DNA from: Candidatus Dojkabacteria bacterium
GTDB taxonomy: Bacteria > Patescibacteriota > Dojkabacteria > J137
Direction: 5' to 3'
Assembly (NCBI GenBank): GCA_030834985.1
Contig: JAUQWV010000006.1
Coordinates: forward strand, 140,168-204,167
Length of the DNA stretch: 64,000 nucleotides
Shown piece by piece: positions 1 through 13,521 of this stretch (the stretch's first letter is position 1; each line of letters starts with the position of its first letter). The notes beneath the pieces were generated by a model that saw nothing but the letters and a program-made list of their open reading frames with translations, was not told where the DNA came from and ran no database searches. The translations under genes and the position numbers were made by a program.

Positions 1-412
1 GAATAATAGATTCTCCATTCGAGAAAAACCCATACGGTACTACATCTGCATGAGCATCAATCAGCAGATTATTGATAAAAATCTGTTCTTTTCCTTTACT
101 AAATATTCTATCTGCTCCCGATTCTGGAGCACTTATCAGAAAAAATGGCTTTCTATTAACGTGCCTTATCTTAAGTTCAATAAATCCTTTTTGTACTAAA
201 GGAGCAAGAAGTGCACTGACCAACTTTTCTAAATTACCAAAGTCAGTACCCACATTGGTAACTAGATTTAAGAAATTAAGCTGAGAGAAAATATCTGTGA
301 TTAGTCTGTCGGTTATTGCTCTATCTGTTAAATCAGCTGTAATAAGTTCAGTAACTACATCTAACCCTGCAACCTCTAAATTTGTTTTGAACTTAAACTC
401 TGATGGATCCAT
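1..412 (-). CDS. Partial CDS (runs off the left edge); probable M20/ArgE-DapE family metallopeptidase
   Basis: Hand translation from ATG at 412: MDPSEFKFKTNLEVAG...LLIDAHADVVPYGFFSNG, open to the edge; 'LLIDAHADVVP' resembles the M20 H-x-D-V-V-P zinc-binding motif. Not in the ORF track. Confidence 0.6.
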   Translation of the reverse strand, partial: MDPSEFKFKTNLEVAGLDVVTELITADLTDRAITDRLITDIFSQLNFLNLVTNVGTDFGNLEKLVSALLAPLVQKGFIELKIRHVNRKPFFLISAPESGADRIFSKGKEQIFINNLLIDAHADVVPYGFFSNGESII

Positions 413-439
413 CGTAAGATAATAGCATATAGCTGAAAG

Positions 440-512
440 TATCCTTGGCAGGAGTCGAACCTGCAACCTTTCCCTTAGGACGGGACTGCTCTATCCATTG
501 AGCTACAAGGAC
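440..512 (-). tRNA. tRNA-Arg(CCT)
   Basis: Reverse complement GTCCTTGTAGCTCAATGGATAGAGCAGTCCCGT-CCT-AAGGGAAAGGTTGCAGGTTCGACTCCTGCCAAGGATA forms a cloverleaf; CCA not encoded. Confidence 0.93.
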
Positions 513-541
513 ATAAATGCAGTGAAATTATACCAGCAAAA

Positions 542-1708
542 TTAGAATCCTACATAGTTAGTAGGGTCAACAGTAACACCGCCTGTTCGTAGAATAAAGT
601 GTAAATGAGTACCTGTACATAAGCCAGTACAGCCCATGTACATAACTGGATCTCCTCTAGAAACTGATTGACCAGCGGAAACCCATATATTTCCATCTCC
701 GTGATAGTACAGAGTATTAACTCCGCCTCCACAATCAATTCTAACTACATAACCTCCGCCGCCATCTTCCCATCCGGTTCTAGTTACAACACCATCACAC
801 ATTGCGCTAATTGGGCAACCGCCTCCTTTAGCTAAGTCTACACCATCGTGGTATAGCCAGCCGCCTTCACCCCAAATCAGACCTCGTGACCAGCTATAAC
901 CTGCACAAGATGGATGACACAATGGGTTTGATAATGAAATTCCATTAATCTCTCCACTTACACCGCAGTCACCCGGCCCCGGTCTAGGACGCGAAGGGAA
1001 ACTATAAGAATACACCGGTACCGGGGCCGGCAAGCTTCCATTAGGAACAAGAATAACCTTTCTGCCATTTATAGAGTTATCAAATGCAGCTAACTGATTA
1101 ACTTCAATTGTTGCAAATCTATCTCCATTTGTTTTTTCTAGAATAGTATCTAAGGTGTCTCCTTCTTGTATCGGCCACAAAACTCCTGAAACTTCAGGAA
1201 TAACTAGCTCTTCACCTGGGTTTACAGTTTCATCGTAATAAGTGCTGTATGTTCCGTATTTATCGGTATTAGACCACTTTATCGTCTCTTTAGAAACTCC
1301 AAATCTATCAGCTATATTTTGTAAAGAGTCGCCTTCAGCCACTTTATAGTAATTTATCTTAAAAGGTGTGAGCGGGCTAGAAGCAAGTACACTCTGTAAG
1401 CTGTTACCCTGTTGTAACAAGTCAACATTACCTACAGTAGTAAAATAATCTACACTAAGGCTTTCTGAAGATGCATTAAGTCCAAATATTCTATAAGATA
1501 GACCCGATAAAGCAACAACTAATGTTATTACTACCACTACTACATGGATTATCTGTTTATATGCGTTTCCCCTACCCCAAAAAGATCTATAAACAAAAAA
1601 ACGTTTTATTGAATCAAATGTAGAAATAACAATATCTGTGATATTTGTAGGCAACCATTTAACGTACTTAATTCTGGTGAATTTTATTTTCCGTCTGGAA
1701 GATTTCAA
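542..1708 (-). CDS. LysM-containing M23 family peptidoglycan endopeptidase, membrane anchored
   Basis: TM segment near the N-terminus; LysM 'YKVAEGDSLQNIADRFGVSKETIKWSN'; M23 motifs HDGVD and HLHF. Confidence 0.9.
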   Translation of the reverse strand: MKSSRRKIKFTRIKYVKWLPTNITDIVISTFDSIKRFFVYRSFWGRGNAYKQIIHVVVVVITLVVALSGLSYRIFGLNASSESLSVDYFTTVGNVDLLQQGNSLQSVLASSPLTPFKINYYKVAEGDSLQNIADRFGVSKETIKWSNTDKYGTYSTYYDETVNPGEELVIPEVSGVLWPIQEGDTLDTILEKTNGDRFATIEVNQLAAFDNSINGRKVILVPNGSLPAPVPVYSYSFPSRPRPGPGDCGVSGEINGISLSNPLCHPSCAGYSWSRGLIWGEGGWLYHDGVDLAKGGGCPISAMCDGVVTRTGWEDGGGGYVVRIDCGGGVNTLYYHGDGNIWVSAGQSVSRGDPVMYMGCTGLCTGTHLHFILRTGGVTVDPTNYVGF

Positions 1709-1742
1709 ATTTATAACTGTAATACTTACAACCTCTATTTTA

Positions 1743-3056
1743 TCACATGCTTTCGTGCAAGGTTGCCAAGAATTCTTCGTTAGTTTTTGTCTTCTTTAAT
1801 CGTTCTAAAAGTACTTCTGTTGGGTTTGCATTAGTTTCGGACTGAATAGTATCTAACATTCTAATTACTCTCCATGTTTGTGCTAAAACTTCTGGAGAAA
1901 GCAACTTATCTTCATTTCTTGTATAAGACGAAGTTACATCTATTGCAGGGAAAATTCTTCTTTCGGTCAATCTTCTATCCAATTTAACTTCCATATTCCC
2001 TGTACCTTTAAATTCTTCAAAGATAACATCATCCATTTTACTTCCTGTATCTACTAATGCAGTTGCAATTATAGTTAATGAGCCGCCATTTTCCATATTT
2101 CTAGCAGCACCAAAGAACTTTTTTGGAGGAAAAATGGCCACTGGATCAAATCCTCCTGATAGTGTTCTGCCTGATGGTGGCGCAACAATGTTGTAAGCCC
2201 TGGCAAGCCTTGTAATACTATCCATCAAAATTACAACGTCTTTGCCATATTCAACTAGTCTTTTAGCTCTTTCTACTGCCATTTCTGCTATCTTTGTGTG
2301 AAATTCTGGAGGTTCATCAAAGTTTGCGGCAATAACCTCGCCTTTAACAAATCTTTGCATATCAGTTACCTCTTCAGGCCTTTCACCAACTAAAACAACC
2401 ATTAAGTGTATTTCGGGATGATTTTTGGCTATACCATCTGCAATGTCCTTCATTAACCAGGTTTTACCTGCTTTAGGAGGAGCTACAATCATACCTCTTT
2501 GACCTTTACCGATAGGACTAATCAAATCAATCAATCTTGTAGATAAGATGTGCTGTTCTGTAGCAAGTTTAATTTGTGAGTCTGGATAAACTGGGGTTAA
2601 TTTCTGGAATGTAGGTCTTGAGATGGCTTTTTCTGGACTTGTACCGTTTATAGCTTCAATTTTAAGAAGGCTAAGGTATCTTTCACCCTCTTTTGGAGGT
2701 CTGGCTTGTCCGGAGATAAAATCTCCTTGTCTTAAGTTAAATCTCTTAATTTGAGAACCTGACACATAAACATCGTTATCTGCAGGCAACATCGTTGCTG
2801 ATCTTAAAACACCATGTGTATCTTTTACTACTTCTAAAAAGCCTTCTGCAAAGATGTTTCCACCTCTTTTAGTTTGCTCAGCTAAAATTATTAATACGAG
2901 TTCATTCTTTTTCAATTCTTGATTATCTTTTATTTCTAACTCTGTAGCTATCTTTCGAAGCTCAGCTAATGTCATATCTTCCAAATCTTTAATGCTTGTT
3001 GATTTTGCTATAGAATCTTTTTTTTGTACCGTTTCTTTTTTTACCACTGTAGTCAT
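1743..3056 (-). CDS. rho: Transcription termination factor Rho
   Basis: DVYVSGSQIKRFNLRQGD RNA-binding domain; Walker A APPKAGKT; DSITRLARAYN; FEEFKGTGNME. Confidence 0.98.
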   Translation of the reverse strand: MTTVVKKETVQKKDSIAKSTSIKDLEDMTLAELRKIATELEIKDNQELKKNELVLIILAEQTKRGGNIFAEGFLEVVKDTHGVLRSATMLPADNDVYVSGSQIKRFNLRQGDFISGQARPPKEGERYLSLLKIEAINGTSPEKAISRPTFQKLTPVYPDSQIKLATEQHILSTRLIDLISPIGKGQRGMIVAPPKAGKTWLMKDIADGIAKNHPEIHLMVVLVGERPEEVTDMQRFVKGEVIAANFDEPPEFHTKIAEMAVERAKRLVEYGKDVVILMDSITRLARAYNIVAPPSGRTLSGGFDPVAIFPPKKFFGAARNMENGGSLTIIATALVDTGSKMDDVIFEEFKGTGNMEVKLDRRLTERRIFPAIDVTSSYTRNEDKLLSPEVLAQTWRVIRMLDTIQSETNANPTEVLLERLKKTKTNEEFLATLHESM

Positions 3057-3191
3057 AAATACTTAACTGTTAATAAATAACTTAAAATTTAAATTTTTTA
3101 GGGAATTTTGAATAATTCAATGAAATTGAAAAGCTATTGATAGAATCACTTTAATATTATACCAACTTTTTTTGAAAAACAAGAATACTCT

Positions 3192-3323
3192 GTAATTCAA
3201 GTATCGGGAATGAAGATTTCCGAGCTGGTCCTAGAGTCCAGTAAGTTCACTCTAAAAAATTAGAATGATGTACGCGAACCAGACTCTGGGACCAGCTAAC
3301 AACTAGATAGTTATTAACGATTA
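3192..3323 (-). ncRNA. Candidate structured ncRNA (6S RNA-like rod)
   Basis: ~20-bp stem AGCTGGTCCCAGAGTCTGGT/ACTGGACTCTAGGACCAGCT plus an inner TCATTCTA/TAGAGTGA stem with G-U pairs on the minus strand; lies directly downstream of a consensus promoter; no ORF. Confidence 0.5.
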
Positions 3324-3328
3324 CTTAT

Positions 3329-3356
3329 ATTATATCCTATAACGAAAAAATGTCAA
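3329..3356 (-). promoter_or_regulatory. Sigma70 consensus promoter
   Basis: TTGACA-N16-TATAAT on the minus strand. Confidence 0.75.
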
Positions 3357-3433
3357 TACCTATAGTATTTTCAGCTTGCTCCATAAAAAACAAGGATTTA
3401 GCCTGGTCTAGCTCAATAATACCAATATACAAT

Positions 3434-3463
3434 AAAAAGGGCGGGCTTAAAAGCCCGCCCTTT
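3434..3463 (-). terminator. Intrinsic terminator after clpC
   Basis: AAAGGGCGGGCT-taaa-AGCCCGCCCTTT hairpin followed by a T-tract on the minus strand. Confidence 0.85.
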
Positions 3464-3488
3464 ACAGTATAATCTCTTTACTAGCTCA

Positions 3489-6026
3489 TTACTTGATTTT
3501 ATTATCCGTTGGGGCAAATACCACTACACCCTCTTTATTTAAGGATGCCGAAACTTGTATTAAATTCTTTCGTTTTTTAGGCAGTTTTAACTTAAGTAAA
3601 TACTCGGCTAAACCATTTTCTAAAAGCTCTTGAACTTTTCGTCTAATATTTCTAGCTCCATACTCCTTACTATAACCATCTTCATTTATTTTGTTTACCA
3701 CTTCGTCCGAAACAGTTAATACTATTCCGGTAGGTAAAATACGCTTAATAAGTTCATCAGTTTCTATTCTAGCTATCTTTAGGCAATCATTTTTATTTAA
3801 TCCTCTAAAAATATCTATAAGATCGATTCTATTTAATAATTCTGGTGCCAAAGTATCTCTAAGATCTTCCATAACCCTGTCTTTCATCTCCTCGTATGCT
3901 TCCTCTACCTCATCATCTTTAATAGTCTTTATCTCAACATCAAATCCTAGTTTATTATCTTCAGAGATCTCATCTGCTCCAATATTTGAAGTCATAATTA
4001 CTATGCAGTTCTTAAAGCTTACCTTTCCACCTTTTCCATCAGTTAATTCACCTTCTTCAAGGATTTGAAGCAAGATATTGAGAACATCTAAATGTGCCTT
4101 TTCGACCTCATCAAATAGGATTACTGAGTAAGGTCGGCGTTTCACGAATGTAGTAAGTTGACCACCTTCTTGATAGCCTACATAACCTGGAGGTGAACCT
4201 ATTAATTTAGATATGCTGTGCATCTCCATAAATTCACTCATATTTATCTGATAGAGCAAGCTTTCAGAACCAAAAAGCTCTTTTGCCAAAGATTTTGCCA
4301 ATTGGGTCTTTCCTACACCGGTTGGTCCTAAGAACAAAAAAGAAGCTAATGGCCTATTTCCACCGTTTAAACCTAAATGAGATCTTTGTACAGCTAAAGA
4401 AACGTTATCAATTACTCTATCCTCTCCAACTATCCTTTTTTTTAAGTTCTCAGATAAATCTTTAAGCTTTTTATCCGAAATATCTGCTGCGGCAATCGGA
4501 ATTTTAGTCCATTCAACAATGATATCTTTTATAAGGTCTTCAGATACTGTTTTAGAGTATTTAATTCCAGTTTTCTTCTTGCCGTCAATTACATCCTGAA
4601 TCTCTTTCATGATATCCTCTTCCATATCTTTGTACTTTGCAGCATTCTTGAAGTCCTGATTTTTAAGAGCTTCGTTCTTTTTACTTTGACACTCAACGAG
4701 CTTCTCGCCAAGCTCATTAATTTGGGGCTCTAAGGCCTTTTCTCGACCTACTTTTATACTTGCAGCTGCCTCATCTAGTATATCGATAGCTTTATCTGGC
4801 AAATATCGGTCTCTAATAAACTTATTCGATAAATCTACTGCAATATTTACAGCATCTTGAGGGATTTTTACACGGTGATATTTCTCTAGCTCTGGAGCAA
4901 TCTTAGAAATCACCTGCTTTGCGCTTTCAACACTTAATTCTTCTACTGAAATGGGTTGAAAGCGCCTTGTTAGCGCCGAGTCAGTCTCGAAGTACTTTAC
5001 GTACTCATCCTGCGTTGTAGCGCCAATTATGCTTAAACTTGAATTTGTTAAATACGGTTTTAGCATATTAGCAATATCCATAGTATCTTTGCCGCCTGCA
5101 CTTCCAGCTCCAACAATATTATGAATCTCATCAATGAACAAAATTGTATTATCATCATTCATTGCCTCATTAATTACTGCACCAATTCTTTCCTCAACAT
5201 CTCCCCTTAGCTTAGCTCCTGCTAAAATTGCGCCAACATCTAGACTTAAAACCTTTGCATTCAAAAAAGATGCTGGAACTTTTTTTTGAATAACAGCATT
5301 AACAAAGCCTTCTACAATTGCTGTTTTACCTACACCTGCATCACCTACTAGTATAGGGTTATTTTTTGTTTTTCTAGCTAGAATATGGATTAAACGCTGA
5401 ATTTCAGCATCTCTACCACTTATATTCGGATAACCACCTTCTAATGCAATTTCATTCATATTTCTAGTAAAGTATGGCAGCGCAGATCTTGGTCCTATAT
5501 CTTGAAATTCTGGATTCTGCATCTGCATATCACCACTCTTTAATACTGCGTTTAAAGCGTTATAGTTACTTACATTGAGTAAAGTTTTTCTTATCTGCTC
5601 CGAATTTAGTCCTAATGTTTTTAACTCATCAATAAAAGCTACATCTTTTAGTTCAAACATACCCAACAAAATATGCTCTGTTCCTACATATAGATGATTT
5701 AAGTTATATGCAGCTATAAAACTTTGATTTATTAATTCCTTCATCTGCTCGCTAAATACAGTCTTAACTTCACCTCCTATAAATTTTGCTTCATTTTCCT
5801 CAAATTCCTTTAGAATACGTGCTGAGCTCGACTCTATATCTACACCTAATTTATTCAATATTTCAAAGACTATTCCTCCCTTGTCTAACAGCAATGTATA
5901 AAAAAGATGAATAGCTAGAAATTCCGAGTATTTATACTTTTTTGCATTCAAATATGCTTGCTCAATAACTCTTCTAGCGTTGGTGGTTAATCTGTTGATA
6001 CCTTTAGTTTCAATAGTGCTCTCCAT
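3489..6026 (-). CDS. clpC: ATP-dependent Clp protease ATP-binding subunit (ClpC-like)
   Basis: Clp N-terminal repeats; Walker A motifs GDAGVGKT and GPTGVGKT; LFIDEIH; [11 protein letters not shown]; short UVR-like coil; LGF ClpP-docking loop. Confidence 0.92.
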   Translation of the reverse strand: MESTIETKGINRLTTNARRVIEQAYLNAKKYKYSEFLAIHLFYTLLLDKGGIVFEILNKLGVDIESSSARILKEFEENEAKFIGGEVKTVFSEQMKELINQSFIAAYNLNHLYVGTEHILLGMFELKDVAFIDELKTLGLNSEQIRKTLLNVSNYNALNAVLKSGDMQMQNPEFQDIGPRSALPYFTRNMNEIALEGGYPNISGRDAEIQRLIHILARKTKNNPILVGDAGVGKTAIVEGFVNAVIQKKVPASFLNAKVLSLDVGAILAGAKLRGDVEERIGAVINEAMNDDNTILFIDEIHNIVGAGSAGGKDTMDIANMLKPYLTNSSLSIIGATTQDEYVKYFETDSALTRRFQPISVEELSVESAKQVISKIAPELEKYHRVKIPQDAVNIAVDLSNKFIRDRYLPDKAIDILDEAAASIKVGREKALEPQINELGEKLVECQSKKNEALKNQDFKNAAKYKDMEEDIMKEIQDVIDGKKKTGIKYSKTVSEDLIKDIIVEWTKIPIAAADISDKKLKDLSENLKKRIVGEDRVIDNVSLAVQRSHLGLNGGNRPLASFLFLGPTGVGKTQLAKSLAKELFGSESLLYQINMSEFMEMHSISKLIGSPPGYVGYQEGGQLTTFVKRRPYSVILFDEVEKAHLDVLNILLQILEEGELTDGKGGKVSFKNCIVIMTSNIGADEISEDNKLGFDVEIKTIKDDEVEEAYEEMKDRVMEDLRDTLAPELLNRIDLIDIFRGLNKNDCLKIARIETDELIKRILPTGIVLTVSDEVVNKINEDGYSKEYGARNIRRKVQELLENGLAEYLLKLKLPKKRKNLIQVSASLNKEGVVVFAPTDNKIK

Positions 6027-6042
6027 TAAATAAAGTTAACAA

Positions 6043-6069
6043 TTAGCAGTTAATAGTATAGCATGCTAA
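6043..6069. promoter_or_regulatory. Degenerate CIRCE (HrcA operator)-like inverted repeat upstream of clpC
   Basis: TTAGCAGTT-N9-GCATGCTAA versus consensus TTAGCACTC-N9-GAGTGCTAA. Confidence 0.55.
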
Positions 6070-6128
6070 AAGTAAATTTAGGGTTTGAAGAAATAAATAT
6101 TTAAGAGATTGGAATAAGAGGAATAAAT

Positions 6129-6156
6129 AAGGGGCGGCCTACAAGGCCGCCCCTTT
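6129..6156 (-). terminator. Intrinsic terminator after rpsA
   Basis: AAGGGGCGGCCT-aca-AGGCCGCCCCTT hairpin. Confidence 0.8.
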
Positions 6157-6181
6157 CGATAGCTTTGTTCAACTACTTAGA

Positions 6182-7402
6182 TTACTTAGCTTCCGTAGAT
6201 TCAGAGATAATTTTATCTAATTCCTCTAATTCTCTAGAAGGTTCGTCATCTGTAGTAGCAGATGTGTCTTTTTGAGCCCGCTTTAACGATAATCCTAAAT
6301 GCCTATCTTCATTAGAAATAGAGATTATCATCACTTTAATCTTGTCCCCTACATTTACTACCTGAGATGGATTCTTAACTAATTTGCTTGATAGTTCAGA
6401 GATGTGAACTAAGCCGTTTAAGCCATCTTCAATCTTAATAAATGCGCCGTAGTCAGCAATAGATTTAACTTCACCTTCCACGATTTGACCCACTTTATAT
6501 TTTTGTACAATACTTTTCCATGGATCTTCCTGTAGTCTTTTAATACTGTATGCCACTCTTTTACCGTTATCTTGTAAGCCGATAACTTGCACCTTAACAA
6601 TATCTCCTACATGGTAGAAGTCTGCAGGTGAAATTACTTTATCCCAAGATATTTCGGATAAGTGAACCAAACCTTCAAGTCCCTGAGCGTTAATGAATAA
6701 TCCAAATGGAGCAATGCCTGTTACAGCACCTTCCAACACATCTCCAACTTTAAGAGATGTTAGGGTTTCATTTCTTAACTTCAAGTCTGTTTCGGAATAT
6801 ACAGATTTTTCGGAAAGGATAACTTTATTCTTTTCTTTATCTATTTCCATAACTTTAACCTTCAAAACTTCACCTATCATCTCGGCTAATTTAGTTTGAA
6901 GAACCTTTGCAGAGTCTTCTTTTGAAGAGTACATATTAGGAGCATAGATTCTTTTGTTGTTTAGTTGTGAACTTGGAACAAAACCTCGAGTAGATTCGCT
7001 AATTTCAACAATAACACCTCCGGTATTAGCTTCAATAACCTTTACCTCTATTGGAGTTTCGTTTAATTTAGCCTGCTCTAGTTCGTGCCACTTTAGTTCA
7101 TTTCCTGTTCTTCTGATAGAAAGTTCAATCTGACCTTCCTCGTTCTCAGGATTAACTACGTAAACAAGTATTTTATCGCCAGCTTTTTTGCTGACTCTTT
7201 TGCCTTCTAGCTTCATCTCCCTACCGGAAATAACGCCTTCAGCTCTACCGCCTACATCAACTAGGATTTGACCGTCTTTAACATCAATAACGGTTCCTTC
7301 AATAATGTTTCCTTTCTTGTAAGTCTTTGGTGGGACAACTGAGTCTAAAAGTTCATCTGTTCGTTGAACTTTATTTTGCTTCTTTGCCATAAATTTCTTC
7401 AA
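6182..7402 (-). CDS. rpsA: 30S ribosomal protein S1 (four S1 domains); start may be 7390
   Basis: Repeated S1 motifs (GLVHLSEISW, GLVHISELS); ~400 aa short form. Confidence 0.95.
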   Translation of the reverse strand: MKKFMAKKQNKVQRTDELLDSVVPPKTYKKGNIIEGTVIDVKDGQILVDVGGRAEGVISGREMKLEGKRVSKKAGDKILVYVVNPENEEGQIELSIRRTGNELKWHELEQAKLNETPIEVKVIEANTGGVIVEISESTRGFVPSSQLNNKRIYAPNMYSSKEDSAKVLQTKLAEMIGEVLKVKVMEIDKEKNKVILSEKSVYSETDLKLRNETLTSLKVGDVLEGAVTGIAPFGLFINAQGLEGLVHLSEISWDKVISPADFYHVGDIVKVQVIGLQDNGKRVAYSIKRLQEDPWKSIVQKYKVGQIVEGEVKSIADYGAFIKIEDGLNGLVHISELSSKLVKNPSQVVNVGDKIKVMIISISNEDRHLGLSLKRAQKDTSATTDDEPSRELEELDKIISESTEAK

Positions 7403-7470
7403 CTTAAGTTTTGGATTTTACCTTATGGTAAGACCTAAGTTCCTTTGAAGCATATGGATTTTACCATATT

Positions 7471-7498
7471 AAAAAGGCGCCCGACAAGCGGGCGCCTT
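7471..7498 (-). terminator. Intrinsic terminator
   Basis: AAGGCGCCCG-acaag-CGGGCGCCTT with TTTTT downstream on the minus strand. Confidence 0.8.
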
Positions 7499-7549
7499 AA
7501 TTTCTCCATTATATGACTATAATTCCCCTACAATTGAAGACAGGGAATA

Positions 7550-7618
7550 TCAGCAATTCTGATTTGGAGTCAATCTATTGCCTTCAATCGAGATAGTCGC
7601 AGAAAATCCGCGCAGCAT
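7550..7618 (-). CDS. Candidate 22-aa small protein (MLRGFSATISIEGNRLTPNQNC)
   Basis: ATG preceded by GAAAGGAGGTAATCT, of which 14 nt are perfectly complementary to this genome's 16S 3' end; terminator downstream. Confidence 0.45.
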   Translation of the reverse strand: MLRGFSATISIEGNRLTPNQNC

Positions 7619-7848
7619 AGATTACCTCCTTTCATATTTAACAAGTAAAGAACTGCCCTTTTTACTTTGTATTATGAGCAGTACCCGCCTTTCAGCGGTA
7701 TGAATATTGCTATTCAGATAAGAGAATAAGAAATTTTGAGAAATTAGTCAATTATATTTTAGATAACTATTGCAATTACCATTAGCGGTCTTAGCTTTAG
7801 CTAAGCAATACAAAAAAGTATTTATTCTTTACGCACAAAGCAGATATT

Positions 7849-7884
7849 AAAAAAGAGCTCTTTATTGCTAAAAAGCTCTTTTTA
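7849..7884 (-). terminator. rRNA operon terminator
   Basis: AAAAAGAGCT...AGCTCTTTTT inverted repeat directly after 5S. Confidence 0.7.
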
Positions 7885-7886
7885 AA

Positions 7887-8002
7887 ACCGGCAATTACCT
7901 ATTCTCCCAACAGGGTATCCCGTTAGTACCTTCGGCTCAACTTTGTTTCACTTCTGAGTTCGGGATGGGATCAGGTGGTTCCAAAGCGATACCATCACCG
8001 GA
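7887..8002 (-). rRNA. rrf: 5S rRNA
   Basis: Conserved CCACCTGATCCCATCCCGAACTCAGAAGTGAAAC; terminal CCGG pairing. Confidence 0.95.
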
Positions 8003-8163
8003 CCTAAATTTAGAATTCTAAACTTAAGTCTAATGACGATCAATTGAACTTGTTAATGTTTTCTTTGTTCAAGAAAAACTGAATAGAAAGACGAGTTTCC
8101 AGTGCTCAGTCTCAAGCAACCAGTAAAGATTACTCTTAACTGATAACTGAAAGCTGAAATTTT

Positions 8164-11224
<3,061 letters not shown>

Positions 11225-11321
11225 AAATCTATTTCTTTCTATTCAGTTTTTAATGAACAAAGTTTTAACCAACTTTGTTGGCTAATTTAAACCCTTTGGC
11301 TTAAATCAGACAACAAATAAA

Positions 11322-11396
11322 TGGAGCCTAAGGGATTCGAACCCTTGACCTCCTCATTGCAAATGAGGCGCAATAAACCAGCTATGCTAAGGCCCC
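11322..11396 (-). tRNA. tRNA-Ala(TGC)
   Basis: GGGGCCT acceptor with G3-U70; CCTCA-TT-TGC-AA-TGAGG anticodon arm; in the 16S-23S spacer. Confidence 0.95.
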
Positions 11397-11420
11397 GATC
11401 TCAATATTCAAAACTAATAA

Positions 11421-11497
11421 TGGTAGGCCAACATGGACTCGAACCATGGACCTTTCCCTTATCAGAGGAATGCTCTAACCAGCTGAGCTATTGGCCT
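11421..11497 (-). tRNA. tRNA-Ile(GAT)
   Basis: AGGCCAA acceptor; loop CT-GAT-AA; CCA encoded; in the 16S-23S spacer. Confidence 0.96.
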
Positions 11498-11643
11498 ATG
11501 TTTAGTCTAAGCACCAGCTTACTTGCTGGCTAAAATTTTAATTAACTTTGAATACTAAAAAGTGACAAGATCCTCTACGGAGATCTTTGAGTATCAAGAT
11601 CATGGGTTTGCAAAATCTATAACAGATTTTGACTAACTCCTTA

Positions 11644-13152
11644 GAAAGGAGGTAATCCAGCCGCAGATTCCCCTACGGCTACCTTGTTACGACTTAAGCC
11701 CAGTCGCCACCCATAACTTTCGGCCACGATAAACGTAGACTTCGAGTATGAGCAACTCCCATGCCCTGACGGGCGGTGTGTACAAGACCCGAGAACGTAT
11801 TCACCGGAACACGCTGATTTCCGATTACTAGCAATTCCAACTTCATACAGGCGAGTTGCAGCCTGCAATCTGAACTGAGACGATCTTTGATGGGATTAGC
11901 TCCGCCTTGCGGCTTGGCAACCCATTGTTATCGCCATTGTAGTGTCTGTGTAGCCCTGGACATAAGGGACATGATGACTGGACGTCATCCCCTCCTTCCT
12001 CCCCGTTTTGGCGGGGCAGTATCAGAAGTAATTGTAACATCTGAAAGGGGTTGCGCTCGTTGTGGGACTTAACCCGACATCTCACGACACGAGCTTACGA
12101 CAGCCATGCATCACCTCTGTGGCACCTTCGAAAGAGTCCTACTTTCATAGGATTAGCAGCCACAGTTCAAGCCCAGGTGAGGTTCTTCGTTGATCATCGA
12201 ATTAAACCAGGCACTCCACTGCTTGTGCGGGTCCCCGTCAATTCCTTTGTGTTTTAACCTTGCGGTCGTACTTCACAGGCGCCCTGTTTAACGCGTTAGC
12301 TGCGACACTCAAAAAGTGCTTATCCTTCTCCGAAGAGAAATTTCAGCAAATTTCGAACATCTAACAGGGATCGTTTACGGTGTGGACTACACGGGTATCT
12401 AATCCGTTTTGCTCCCCACACTTTCGAGCCTTAGCGTCAGTACATGTCCAAATAGGTGCTTTCGCCATTGGTGTTCCTCCTGATATCAACGCATTTAACC
12501 GCTCCACCAGGAATTCCCCTATTCTCTACATGACTCAATCCAGAGAGTTTTCTATGCGGTTCCAAGGGTGAGCCTTGGGATTTAACACAGAACTTTTCTA
12601 GACGCCTACGCATCTCTTTACGCCCAGTGAATCCGGGTAACGCTTGTGTCCCACGTATTACCGATGCTTCTGGCACGTGGTTGGCAGGCACTTATTCATC
12701 TACTACACTCAGAACTTGTTCGTAGATAAAAGGAGTTTACGATCCTAAGACCTTCATCCTCCACGCGACGTCGCAGCGTCAGCCTTTCGGCCATTGCGCA
12801 TAATTCCTAGTTGCTGCCTCCCGTAGGAGTCTGGGCCGTATCGCAGTCCCAGTCTGGCTGGCCATCCTCTCAGACCAGCTACCCGTCATAGGCTTGGTAG
12901 GCCATTACCCCACCAACAACCTGATAGGACGCGGGCTCATCCTTGAGCGAAAAATCTTTACTCTTGCGAGACTATCTGAGATTACCCCGCCTTTCGGCGA
13001 GCTATATCAGACTCAAGGGGAGATTCCCACGCGTTACTCAGCCGTTTGCCACTATGAACTTTCGGTATTACTACCAAAAGTTCACCGTTCGACTTGCATA
13101 CCTTAGGCACGTCGCTAGCGTTAACCCTGAGCCAGGATCAAACTCTCCATAA
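11644..13152 (-). rRNA. rrs: 16S rRNA (ends approximate)
   Basis: 27F site AGAGTTTGATCCTGGCTCAG; 806R and 1492R sites; anti-SD GGATTACCTCCTTTC. Confidence 0.98.
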
Positions 13153-13452
13153 AAATTGCTTCCACTTGACTTATGGAAGACCAACTAAATCAGTTACCTG
13201 AAGTGCTGGATTTTTGAGTCCCTCTATTATGAATAATAAAGGGGTTAAAATTGAGTTTAGATCTTGACTACAAAGAAATATATAAAGAAACCTTGTCACT
13301 TTTAAATATTCAAAGTGCTGCCCCTAAAATACAAAGAGCAAAGAAATCAATCTTTGTCTAAGATTTTAAAATATTGTTTTACCAATGAGGCAATCTGGTC
13401 TTCTTATTCGCTTGGATTAAGATTAGATCCAGAACTGAAAATTTGTATTGAG

Positions 13453-13481
13453 ATTGTACACTTTTAGATATTTATTTGCAA
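13453..13481 (-). promoter_or_regulatory. rRNA operon promoter
   Basis: TTGCAA-N17-TACAAT about 300 nt upstream of 16S. Confidence 0.75.
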
Positions 13482-13521
13482 GAGTTTTTACAAAGTTTTT
13501 AAAGAAAATTCTAGAGGGCAA

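Noticed and set aside
72-284. 70-aa plus-strand ORF
   Set aside because: Antisense to the longer minus-strand frame carrying the M20 peptidase-like motif.
1743-1745. Alternative genetic code (UGA=Gly, as in Gracilibacteria/Absconditabacteria)
   Set aside because: TGA ends rho, ftsH and parA at expected positions and long genes have no in-frame TGA.
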